Of a stretch of DNA of 35,723 nucleotides, positions 19,050 through 27,082 are shown piece by piece (position 1 is the first letter of the stretch; each line of letters begins with the position of its first letter). The notes beneath the pieces were generated by a model, which saw only the letters and a program-made list of their open reading frames with translations, was not told the origin of the DNA and did not search any database. Both the position numbers and the translations under genes were made by a program. The DNA lies in the sequence record SRR31156797_4237. One strand, 5' to 3'.

Positions 19050-19139
19050 TGTTTTTAATTAATTGTTAACGCTAATCATTACTTCGAGGGAGACGCAACC
19101 CCGTATTCGCATTTTATAATGATTAGAGTTAAGAACAAA

Positions 19140-19820
19140 TTATTGAATTCCACAATTTTTACATATTGGTAAAAGTCTCTGCTTTCCTTGTTCTCGATAT
19201 GAATCCCAAGCATAAGTTCCGTCTACATCTCGGCAACAAACAACCTTTCTTCCATCGTATCTGTAAACTGGGGTTACATCGGGCTGGCTACAAACTGTAT
19301 AGCCTTTGTCTTGATTTGAGTCGTCTATTACCACTACGTTGTCACAGAAACGCCTTAGAAGAGAATCCTGTCCCTCGTTTTGAGGCTGTTTGACCATTTT
19401 CACGTATAATTCAACATTATCAGGCTTTTTCTTTTGGAGTTCAATCACCTTAGATTTAGCCTTGGTGAATCCTGAGACGCCTGTGATTTCTTTGTAGGTT
19501 TTTGCATCTCCTCCGGGGAAGGATACACAAATAAGTTTTTCTCCTGGGATACTGTAAAGCCTGTCTACGTCAACCAGTACAGCATTTGTTGAGATAATCA
19601 CTTTGCATTTAACGTATTCTATCATTTCATAGACCTGCGGATGACAGAAAGGTTCTCCCCTATTGAAAATCATCAACGAATCGCTGATAGGAGAAAGCTC
19701 GTCTACTAATCGGGTAAATGTTTCCCATTCCATATTTCCTTTATCTATATCGTTGTGTTGAAAAGGACACATTTGACATTTGTAATTACAGTGGCTTGTT
19801 ATTTCTATTGCTGGACTCAT
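19140..19820 (-). CDS. Radical SAM protein with a short SPASM/twitch-like C-terminus
   Basis: CNYKCQMC, GEPF, ISTN; C-terminal CSQP...VCCRD...CKNC. Confidence 0.88.
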   Translation of the reverse strand: MSPAIEITSHCNYKCQMCPFQHNDIDKGNMEWETFTRLVDELSPISDSLMIFNRGEPFCHPQVYEMIEYVKCKVIISTNAVLVDVDRLYSIPGEKLICVSFPGGDAKTYKEITGVSGFTKAKSKVIELQKKKPDNVELYVKMVKQPQNEGQDSLLRRFCDNVVVIDDSNQDKGYTVCSQPDVTPVYRYDGRKVVCCRDVDGTYAWDSYREQGKQRLLPICKNCGIQ

Positions 19821-20551
19821 TTAACGTTTTCGTTAAGATAATGTTGTGCGTCTCTTTTGAATTGAGTTGTGTAATCATTAGTAGCCATATTTCTACATCT
19901 GACACTATAATTCTCATATTCTTCAGTCTTGATGTTATTTGGGCTTCTGCCGTCTTCTTGATGGTCAACCCAAATAAACGGATAGAGGTAGGCGTTTACC
20001 TTTCCTGCATCTGTGAATTTATGCTGATAATCTGTTAAGCCCATAACTCCTTCTCCACCTATTTTTCCGAATTTCTTATAATCTTGATTCTTGATTAGGA
20101 AACTGCAGCCTCCAATGTGAGGTTTACGCCACGCCTGTATTCCATCAAAGATTTCAATCTGTGGTTCGATCCCGTCCATATCCTCCTTTTGGAAATGGAA
20201 TCCTCCTATGAATCCAAAGTTGTCAAAACCTTCGTGAGCGTCAATACATCTGCGAAGCCAATCAACCGGAAGAATTGTATCGTTGTCAACTCTGCCTAGA
20301 TAATCTGATTTGGAATCTTTGAAAACGTGGTGAGTAGCTGTGGAAAGACCTTTGTTCGACTCCCAAAGAACTAATTTAATCCGTGGGTCTTCAAGTGTTT
20401 CAAGATATTCTACCGTTCCGTCTTTCGAACCATTATCAACAATCGTGAGAGTAAAATCTCTCTCGTCTTGGTTTAGGACTGATTCTATAGCTTTGCGGGT
20501 AAACTGAAGTCTGTCCCAAGTTACCATTACTAATGAAGCGATTGGATTCAT
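19817..20551 (-). CDS. GT2 glycosyltransferase
   Basis: VTWDR, IVDNGSKDGT, NKGLS, RVDND. Confidence 0.88.
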   Translation of the reverse strand: MNPIASLVMVTWDRLQFTRKAIESVLNQDERDFTLTIVDNGSKDGTVEYLETLEDPRIKLVLWESNKGLSTATHHVFKDSKSDYLGRVDNDTILPVDWLRRCIDAHEGFDNFGFIGGFHFQKEDMDGIEPQIEIFDGIQAWRKPHIGGCSFLIKNQDYKKFGKIGGEGVMGLTDYQHKFTDAGKVNAYLYPFIWVDHQEDGRSPNNIKTEEYENYSVRCRNMATNDYTTQFKRDAQHYLNENVK

Positions 20552-20655
20552 TTAGTTGGATTAATGATTAGGCGTGCAATGATTTTGTAGCCATCTACTT
20601 TAGAGAGCGAATCATCCGTTTCAATATAGCCTTTGTCCATTGCCCAACGAAGTGC

Positions 20656-20886
20656 CTATCTCTCCGTCCGATTGTGAATTACAATAAATGCTTTGCTAAA
20701 AAGTTCTTCTGAAATCCAGTGATAAGATGGCAAAATATCTTCGTGATTATACATCATAGTAACTAAGTGTTTGAACTCTTTGACCTTCCTTCTCGAAACA
20801 TTTAGTTTAAATCTCTTTTTAATTCCTTTATCTGTTAAATCCATTACAATAAACTTAATATTTGAGCTGGCTGATTTTGTTTTCAC
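20656..20886 (-). CDS. Hypothetical protein (possible gene fragment)
   Basis: 76 aa; same frame as 20947-21246. Confidence 0.35.
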   Translation of the reverse strand: MKTKSASSNIKFIVMDLTDKGIKKRFKLNVSRRKVKEFKHLVTMMYNHEDILPSYHWISEELFSKAFIVIHNRTER

Positions 20887-20946
20887 TGTTGATAGGAAGA
20901 GCGAATCATTCCCCAGTTTTTTTTGTTCAGCCTACAACGGAGTTGC

Positions 20947-21246
20947 TCATTTCCCCGTCCTCAAAGCGAATAATAAAAGCGTTGCTAATTGTCCTTCTTC
21001 TAATTCTTCGACATATTTCCATTCCATAATATCTTTACCTGCTTTTATGTATTTTACTAATTTCTTAATTTGTCCTCTTGTTAGATTGTCTAAAAGAAAA
21101 TTCTCTCTCAAATCACGTTCCGTTAATTTTATATTAAAATTGTTGTCCATAAGTTTGTTAAAATGGTCTTTATGTTTACTTTTGCTTACGACTCCTCTTG
21201 TTAGATACATCCTAAAATAATATGGTACAATAAACCCTCCGCTCAT
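20947..21246 (-). CDS. Hypothetical protein
   Basis: 99 aa; TAATG-coupled to the upstream glycosyltransferase. Confidence 0.45.
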   Translation of the reverse strand: MSGGFIVPYYFRMYLTRGVVSKSKHKDHFNKLMDNNFNIKLTERDLRENFLLDNLTRGQIKKLVKYIKAGKDIMEWKYVEELEEGQLATLLLFALRTGK

Positions 21247-22103
21247 TACAATAAACTTAATAATTCTCTCACACGATTATTATATGTGTGATTCTTTAAA
21301 ACGTGTTCCTGATTCTTCTTAGCCAAGGCTTCTCTTTCAGCTGGTCTTTTCAGATAATAGGAAACCTTTTTCTTAAATTCTGCGTTATCTTTGAACGTTG
21401 CAACCTCATCAAAGAATTCTCCGAGCATTGGATGTTCTTGACACAATAAAAACCCACCACATCCTGTTACGTGGAAGGTTCTTTCATTAATCATCATTCC
21501 TGGTTTATCTGCAATTTTGGAAGGTTCATCTGAAACCTCGCCCATTTGGAAAGCTCCGTGAATGTTCGGGCAAATCTTTGCTCCTCTGTAAATTTTTGAA
21601 ACGTCAATCGGTTGAGTTCCTTCTATGCGATACATATCAACTCCGCTCATTGGTCCTTCGTCTCTTAAAGGATAACTGTTGCCAGCCCAAACTATATCGC
21701 CTTTGCAATCTTTTTCGTCTGTTAAGAGATTGGTTCCGAAAGCATGAGGCAGATAATGAGCGTCAAATCCTTCAAGGAGTTCTCCTTTCCAAGCTGTAAC
21801 CATAATATCTGACATTTCCTTAACCTTATCTATCTCTGGATAAACGTGGTCAATAAAATGTCCTAAAAGGCAAATAACTTTTCCGCCATTGTTTTTGTAG
21901 GTTTGCAAGTTGGGAGCTGTAATCCATTCTGATTGGATAATACAGTAGTCTCCTTCAAAGTCGTCTTTGTCTTTATTGATTAGATTTGCTTCGTGTCCTT
22001 CTTCTCTTAAAGCGTGAGCTAAATTATCTAACCAAACGGAAGCTCCATCTATTAAAATATCAGGGTTTAGTTCTGGGTTAATACACGGAATTGAAAATTT
22101 CAC
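21246..22103 (-). CDS. CgeB-like glycosyltransferase (GT-B)
   Basis: YRGAKICPNIH, INERTFHVTGCGGFLL, HTYNNR. Confidence 0.8.
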   Translation of the reverse strand: MKFSIPCINPELNPDILIDGASVWLDNLAHALREEGHEANLINKDKDDFEGDYCIIQSEWITAPNLQTYKNNGGKVICLLGHFIDHVYPEIDKVKEMSDIMVTAWKGELLEGFDAHYLPHAFGTNLLTDEKDCKGDIVWAGNSYPLRDEGPMSGVDMYRIEGTQPIDVSKIYRGAKICPNIHGAFQMGEVSDEPSKIADKPGMMINERTFHVTGCGGFLLCQEHPMLGEFFDEVATFKDNAEFKKKVSYYLKRPAEREALAKKNQEHVLKNHTYNNRVRELLSLL

Positions 22104-22167
22104 AGGTTTGTTATTTATTGCTTAATGCTATGTCAACTTAATATTTTTAGGGGTCTTAAATCTTATT

Positions 22168-23010
22168 CTATTGCTTCGTTTTTTGTAATAATCCTAGTTT
22201 TTTAAGAAATTCCTCTATTTCTTTCTTCGTAAACTTTTTAGCATTTTCTGATGTTATTCCTTCGTCTAAATCTTCGTGAATCTTTTCATTACCTCTATTT
22301 CCAACTTCTTTAACTTTTACCTTATAATGTTTTGCGAATACATCTGCTACATCTCCCATTTTCATAGCTTTCATTGTTGGGATTAAAGGCTTTCCAATTT
22401 GTTTTTTTTCAAGAGCTTCAAATATGAAATCTACTGCTTCATCGACGGTCCAATAAAATCTAGTCATCTCTGGAACAGTTATTTCTAGGTCTTTTTTTTC
22501 TTTTCCTAACTTATCCCAAACTTCAAAAACGGAGCCTGAACTATTAGCTACATTTCCATATCTTACTGTGTAAAATTTTGTATCGTATCCTAGATTGTTA
22601 TATTGCTGAAATAGTCTTTCCATTAGGTATTTAGTCATTCCGTAAACTGTTTGAGGTTTACAAGCTTTATCTGTTGAAATTCCTATAACCTCTTTTGCTC
22701 CTGCTTGAACAGCTTGTTTAGCTACATTGGCACTTCCTAGAATATTTGTGTCTATTGATAGGATTGGATTTTGTTCTGCTACTGGGATATGTTTTTGAGC
22801 TGCGAGGTGGAAAACTACATCCACATCTTTGAAAATACTGTAAAGCTTTGCGTCGTTTATATCTCCTATGAGCCATTTAGTTTCAGGAAATTTCTTTGAC
22901 ACTTTGACGCTTTTTTCTTCTGAGTGTCCTAGACATCTTATTTCTCCTTTAAGTCTTGGAATTAAAGCTTGAGCTAAATAACCGTCAGCTCCTGTTATTG
23001 CGTATTTCAT
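22168..23010 (-). CDS. UDP-sugar 4,6-dehydratase (PseB/CapD-like)
   Basis: ITGADG, FHLAAQKHIP, ISTDKA, YGMTK, VRYGNV..SSGSV, MTRF. Confidence 0.88.
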   Translation of the reverse strand: MKYAITGADGYLAQALIPRLKGEIRCLGHSEEKSVKVSKKFPETKWLIGDINDAKLYSIFKDVDVVFHLAAQKHIPVAEQNPILSIDTNILGSANVAKQAVQAGAKEVIGISTDKACKPQTVYGMTKYLMERLFQQYNNLGYDTKFYTVRYGNVANSSGSVFEVWDKLGKEKKDLEITVPEMTRFYWTVDEAVDFIFEALEKKQIGKPLIPTMKAMKMGDVADVFAKHYKVKVKEVGNRGNEKIHEDLDEGITSENAKKFTKKEIEEFLKKLGLLQKTKQ

Positions 23011-23633
23011 TTATTGTTCGTTAATTTATAAACATATAACACCCCGCTTATGTCTGCATATACTCTAAAACCTCTTTTACGAACTTCTGCTCTATTTTTG
23101 AGATATTCTTGTATTTCTTCATCAAGTTTGAGATACTTAGCCACGCAATAGCGATTCAAATCAATAATGTCTTTAAGAGGTTTCCTTAACTTTCTCCAGA
23201 TGTCAAATACGTAACTTATCCTCTTTTTTGAAGCATCCTTTATCATCTCATCAGCCAATTTATTGTATTCATCCTTTCGTTCAAAAACTTCATAACACTT
23301 TGCCATCATTTCTAGGAATTTTTCCTGAGACATATTCTTTATAAACTGTCTTTCTGTACCGTCTTTAAGATATTGTTTAAGTTTTTTCTTTAGTCTGGGT
23401 GATAATTTTTCTAAGCTTCGTGTGATTTCTTTATAATAATAATATGTGATGCAAGCCTTAATATCTTCTTCTGAAGTTTCAAAAGGTAAACTATTACATA
23501 GAACCGTAATCCATTCATAGGCTTCTTTGCTCCATACTCTTTGTGCTTCAGCTCTGCTTTGAAAAACTCTCCATTCAGGCTTTGGCTCTTCTTCATTAAA
23601 GTTGTAATTATCTATAACTTCTTTAATATTCAT
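23007..23633 (-). CDS. Hypothetical protein
   Basis: 208 aa, helical and charged, coupled to the dehydratase gene. Confidence 0.65.
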   Translation of the reverse strand: MNIKEVIDNYNFNEEEPKPEWRVFQSRAEAQRVWSKEAYEWITVLCNSLPFETSEEDIKACITYYYYKEITRSLEKLSPRLKKKLKQYLKDGTERQFIKNMSQEKFLEMMAKCYEVFERKDEYNKLADEMIKDASKKRISYVFDIWRKLRKPLKDIIDLNRYCVAKYLKLDEEIQEYLKNRAEVRKRGFRVYADISGVLYVYKLTNNK

Positions 23634-23710
23634 TATCGTGTTGGTGCTATAAATATTAAGATTAGGTATGCTATTATTAATGGTGTTAATAGTATTAAAA
23701 ACTCTTGCAT
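23633..23710 (-). CDS. Small single-TM peptide (25 aa), not in the ORF track
   Basis: MQEFLILLTPLIIAYLILIFIAPTR*, TAATG-coupled to the next gene. Confidence 0.4.
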   Translation of the reverse strand: MQEFLILLTPLIIAYLILIFIAPTR

Positions 23711-23945
23711 ATTAATTCCTTAGATTTTTTACAATTCTTTTCATCGAATTTAACTCCGATGTTTTCTGCTATCAACTTTAAATTCTTTATTCCTGATTTG
23801 GATTCTCTTTCGTATAGGCGTGATAATTAGCAATTAAGAATGTTACATCATGCTCTTTCTGTGCTTCGATTGCGTCTCTTAATCCTCCTAGATAATTACC
23901 TAAATGAATCTTTCCTGTTGGTTGTATACCGTATAATATTTTCAT
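23695..23945 (-). pseudogene. trpS: Tryptophanyl-tRNA synthetase relic (52-aa N-terminus plus an out-of-frame C-terminal-like piece)
   Basis: 23945-23787 reads MKILYGIQPTGKIHLGNYLGGL...FLIANYHAYT, containing the TrpRS HIGH signature; 23799-23695 reads KSGIKNLKLIAENIG... Confidence 0.8.
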
Positions 23946-23983
23946 GCGAAATGGCTTATATTAGGTTAATACCCCTTGAAAAC

Positions 23984-24012
23984 TTGACAATATTATATAG
24001 CGGGTGTATAAT
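23984..24012 (+). promoter_or_regulatory. Perfect consensus sigma70 promoter
   Basis: TTGACA-17 nt-TATAAT. Confidence 0.85.
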
Positions 24013-24189
24013 TAAGCTACATAGTTACAAAGCCCATTCATTCGGTTTCACTAACTATTCTCCTTTACAACTGGACTATTCCTATCAACTATTCTTACTT
24101 ATCTTTCCCTAAAGATACTGCTACGTGAATATTTGAGAAGGTGTTTCGCTTAGGTTAGTCTGGTGGTGCTTATTAATTAATTTAAATAT

Positions 24190-24342
24190 ATGTGGGACAA
24201 ACAAACAACTGAGCGTTTTAATCTTAAACAGTATTCATTCAAGGATTTTTGTAAAGCTGTTCTTGTAGTCGCTGGGCTTATTGTATGGCTTATTATGATG
24301 AGTTGTGCTTGTGTTGGTTTAGGATATTTATTTAACTATTAA
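24190..24342 (+). CDS. Small membrane protein (50 aa), not in the ORF track
   Basis: MWDKQTTERF...AVLVVAGLIVWLIMMSCACVGLGYLFNY*. Confidence 0.5.
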   Translation: MWDKQTTERFNLKQYSFKDFCKAVLVVAGLIVWLIMMSCACVGLGYLFNY

Positions 24343-24350
24343 AAACAAAT

Positions 24351-24623
24351 ATGAAATATTTTATAAAAATCTTATTGTTCATAGGTGGGTTAATTGTAGG
24401 GATTTGCATTACAGCGATAGCTTTTGACGATACTGATTTTAGCAAAAGGAGGCTTGAATGGTCAGACTTAAACTGTAAATATTACAAGCAAGGAGAAAGA
24501 TGTTTATATCTTGCTGTGAATATTAGCGAGAACAGCAAAAGTCAAATGGGATTATTTTGCATGCAAGGTTATAAGATAAAACTCAATCAAAGAAGTTGCG
24601 GTCATTACAGGTATAACTATTAA
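24351..24623 (+). CDS. Hypothetical membrane-anchored Cys-rich protein
   Basis: 90 aa with an N-terminal hydrophobic helix. Confidence 0.55.
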   Translation: MKYFIKILLFIGGLIVGICITAIAFDDTDFSKRRLEWSDLNCKYYKQGERCLYLAVNISENSKSQMGLFCMQGYKIKLNQRSCGHYRYNY

Positions 24624-24631
24624 CAAATAAT

Positions 24632-25342
24632 ATGAAACGCAATCTTTCGGGTCGCTTTTCAAAAAAACAACATTTCAAACTACCTTATCAAGATAATCTA
24701 AAAGTTATTCTTCCTTTTGTGTTCCTGTTGATTATTTCTAATACTGGAACCTACGTTGCAGAAGCTAAAGCGTTTCATCATAATTTTTTAATATATCTAT
24801 ATGAACCAAAAACAATTACAATCGAAAATTCACCTGTTTACCGAACTCCTAAAATCCCACAACAAAATGTTGGAAGAAAAGATGAAAGAAATCAGAGAGA
24901 ACAGCCCAGAGATACAATTAGAAGAGTTGCCAGAGAAGAAGGTTATCAAGGATGGGAAAGGCTTTTGGATGTAGAAGAGAAAATCAGAAATGTCTTTTTT
25001 GAAGAACCGAATACTGCTGTTGCCATTGGAAAAGCTGAATCTCGTCTAAACTCGTCTAAAGTTTCTGAAACAGACATTACTTTAGACGGGAAACCTTTTT
25101 CAATCGGAGCAATGCAAATTAACTTAACTGTACATTCTCTTGATGGTGTAGCTTGTCATAAAGCCTTTTTAGGAAGAGACTATCAAGCTATTGTTATTAA
25201 TGAGCAATTATATGATAAATGTGTTGAATTAGCTAAGGATGTTAATGTTAATCTTAGAACTTCCAGAAGAATCTACGAAGAAAGGGATAATTTTACTGCT
25301 TGGGGTTCTTATACGAATCTTAGCTATCTTGAATTCTTATAA
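24632..25342 (+). CDS. Lytic transglycosylase (SLT-like) lysin with N-terminal membrane anchor
   Basis: AVAIGKAES (catalytic E), SIGAMQIN, FTAWGSY; hydrophobic VILPFVFLLII. Confidence 0.75.
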   Translation: MKRNLSGRFSKKQHFKLPYQDNLKVILPFVFLLIISNTGTYVAEAKAFHHNFLIYLYEPKTITIENSPVYRTPKIPQQNVGRKDERNQREQPRDTIRRVAREEGYQGWERLLDVEEKIRNVFFEEPNTAVAIGKAESRLNSSKVSETDITLDGKPFSIGAMQINLTVHSLDGVACHKAFLGRDYQAIVINEQLYDKCVELAKDVNVNLRTSRRIYEERDNFTAWGSYTNLSYLEFL

Positions 25343-25497
25343 ATCGCAGGCGGGAGCCTAATGGTATCTTTGCCTAGCGTGGTTAGACTTCGTGTCCCGC
25401 CTGGAACTGGAGGATACCTTATCGTATCTAATACCTAATAAGATGCCAGTTACAGAGCTTATTCAGGTAGCTGTCTTAATACCATTAACAGCTTTTG

Positions 25498-25571
25498 TAC
25501 TCTTAGTGGGATTCGAACCCACACTGAAAGGATTTTAAGTCCTCTTCCTCTGCCAGTTGGGATACAAGAGC
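25498..25571 (-). tRNA. tRNA-Leu(UAA), short variable loop, CCA not encoded
   Basis: GCTCTTG/TAAGAGT acceptor stem, discriminator A, D loop AACTGGCA, GAGGA-CTTAAAA-TCCTT anticodon arm, GTGGG-TTCGAAT-CCCAC T arm. Confidence 0.9.
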
Positions 25572-25826
25572 AGATCTTGAGGAGTCCAACTGACTTTTTT
25601 AAAGACAGCCTTATTAAGACTCCCGAAACCCGACAATTCTGCACCTCCCTTACAGTCCGGAGCGTCATGGAGCGGGACTCCCAGTCTAAGAACACAAATA
25701 TGTTATTAGATTGAGAGTTCTCTTTTGCAAAAATATTGGAGCTGTTCTGCTCCGTTAGTTAGAGTCTAAATTGTGATTAAAATCTTTGCATTTATAGTAA
25801 TGATTATAGCAGATTTTAGAATTATT

Positions 25827-26477
25827 TCAACTTGTTTTGTCAAGTATTATCTCTCTAGCCCTTTTTTCTAGCTGTCTAACACGCTCTCTTGTAATTCCAA
25901 TAGCATCCCCAATAAGTTCTAACGGTCTTCCTTCATTCCTTAATCTTAATATAAGTTTCTGTCTTTCATTTAAAAAAGGATAATCAATCTTTTCTTTTTT
26001 TGGTCTTTGCCATCCCTTTGGAATCGTTAATGCTTGTTCAACAGTCCAACCCTTTTTTATTCTTGTTAAAAACACATCACGGCTTACGTTTGATTTAGGA
26101 GCAAGTTGTGAATATGTTAGATATTTACCATCATAAAATACCTTTACACTTCTCCTAGTGTTACTCATCTGCTGTTTTTGAGTAGCCCACCTACAATTTT
26201 CTTTACAGTAATTTTTATTATTATCAATTCTATCAATGGAAGTATCATTAGGATGCTTTTTTTTATGCCTTAAATAGCTCTCGTACATATCAGCTTTAAA
26301 ATGCTCATAAGACTTCCAAAGACATTTTATTCCTCGTCCTCCATAACCTTCATAACCTGAATCATTAGGGTTATTACATCTCTGTAAAATATGTGCCCAA
26401 CATCTATAAAATTTATTTGTTTTTGGATTACATCCACCATCTACATAGTTTGGATGTTTTTCTCCATTTGGAAACAT
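25827..26477 (-). CDS. HNH-like endonuclease (YGGRGI family) fused to a sigma70 region-4-like HTH; start re-called at MFPNG
   Basis: RCNNPN...YGGRGI...SIDRIDNNKNYCKENCRWAT; C-terminal LNERQKLILRLR...LELIGDAIGITRERVRQLEKRA. Confidence 0.8.
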   Translation of the reverse strand: MFPNGEKHPNYVDGGCNPKTNKFYRCWAHILQRCNNPNDSGYEGYGGRGIKCLWKSYEHFKADMYESYLRHKKKHPNDTSIDRIDNNKNYCKENCRWATQKQQMSNTRRSVKVFYDGKYLTYSQLAPKSNVSRDVFLTRIKKGWTVEQALTIPKGWQRPKKEKIDYPFLNERQKLILRLRNEGRPLELIGDAIGITRERVRQLEKRAREIILDKTS

Positions 26478-26487
26478 CTTTTTGTTT

Positions 26488-26638
26488 TTAATTATTATCT
26501 GGAGAGATAGAGGCAGGATTTTCACCTTGCACCAATCTGCTTTATGGGCATAAAACCTCCAACCCAATATGCCATTACCTTTTAAAAAGGAGCAGTTACT
26601 TTGCCTTTAAGCTTCCCTACTCTCCAGATAATAATTAA
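26488..26638. repeat. Perfect 19-bp inverted repeat enclosing a structured, tRNA-like segment
   Basis: TTAATTATTATCTGGAGAG (26488-26506) / CTCTCCAGATAATAATTAA (26620-26638). Confidence 0.85.
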
Positions 26639-26871
26639 CAATCTTTATCGAAAATGTCTCAAAGCCTTTCTAATTTTATAATCTTCTATGGCTCTCTTAA
26701 TTCTCGCACGTATGTATTTGATAGGATGGAAAAGAAAATATTTCAAAATATAAATTCTTACTGTTTTTTTGTCTATATAATACCATTTATCGTTTTCCAC
26801 TGTTATGTTTTTACTTATTATTACTTAGTCTAACATATTCTCTAAATAAATCAAGGGCATAGAAGTTTCAT

Positions 26872-27063
26872 TTATATATCATCATCTGTTAATTCATATT
26901 TTTGTAAGTCGCTCCCAAGATAAGAATGCATATCGGTAACACGAATACAATTAACCATCGGGGGTTTGTTTTCATCGACCGATTCAAGCAATTGTACAAC
27001 CTGGAATATAATACGGTCGTTCTCTTTGTGTTTTACAAAATCACCAACCTTTAAAGCGCGCAT
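26872..27063 (-). CDS. Small hypothetical protein (SH3/KOW-like beta pattern)
   Basis: 63 aa, LKVGDFV start, strong SD AGGAGG. Confidence 0.6.
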   Translation of the reverse strand: MRALKVGDFVKHKENDRIIFQVVQLLESVDENKPPMVNCIRVTDMHSYLGSDLQKYELTDDDI

Positions 27064-27082
27064 CTTCTCCTCCTAAAAATTT

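Noticed and set aside
19066-19132. CIRCE operator upstream of groEL
   Set aside because: The inverted repeat does not match TTAGCACTC-N9-GAGTGCTAA.
326-23723. Numerous + strand ORFs of 60-160 aa over the phage genes
   Set aside because: They are antisense shadows of well-supported - strand genes and have no recognisable motifs.
23925-24010. AATATTATA inverted pair as an operator
   Set aside because: One copy is simply the first codons of the trpS fragment, and such a match is expected by chance in AT-rich DNA.
23840-24112. 90-aa + strand ORF
   Set aside because: It overlaps the TrpRS relic on the opposite strand and runs through the consensus promoter.
1-27000. Genome-wide stop-codon reassignment (TAG or TGA)
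   Set aside because: terL, portal, GroEL and the GTs are intact in the standard code, and TAG and TGA both end genes at sensible positions.
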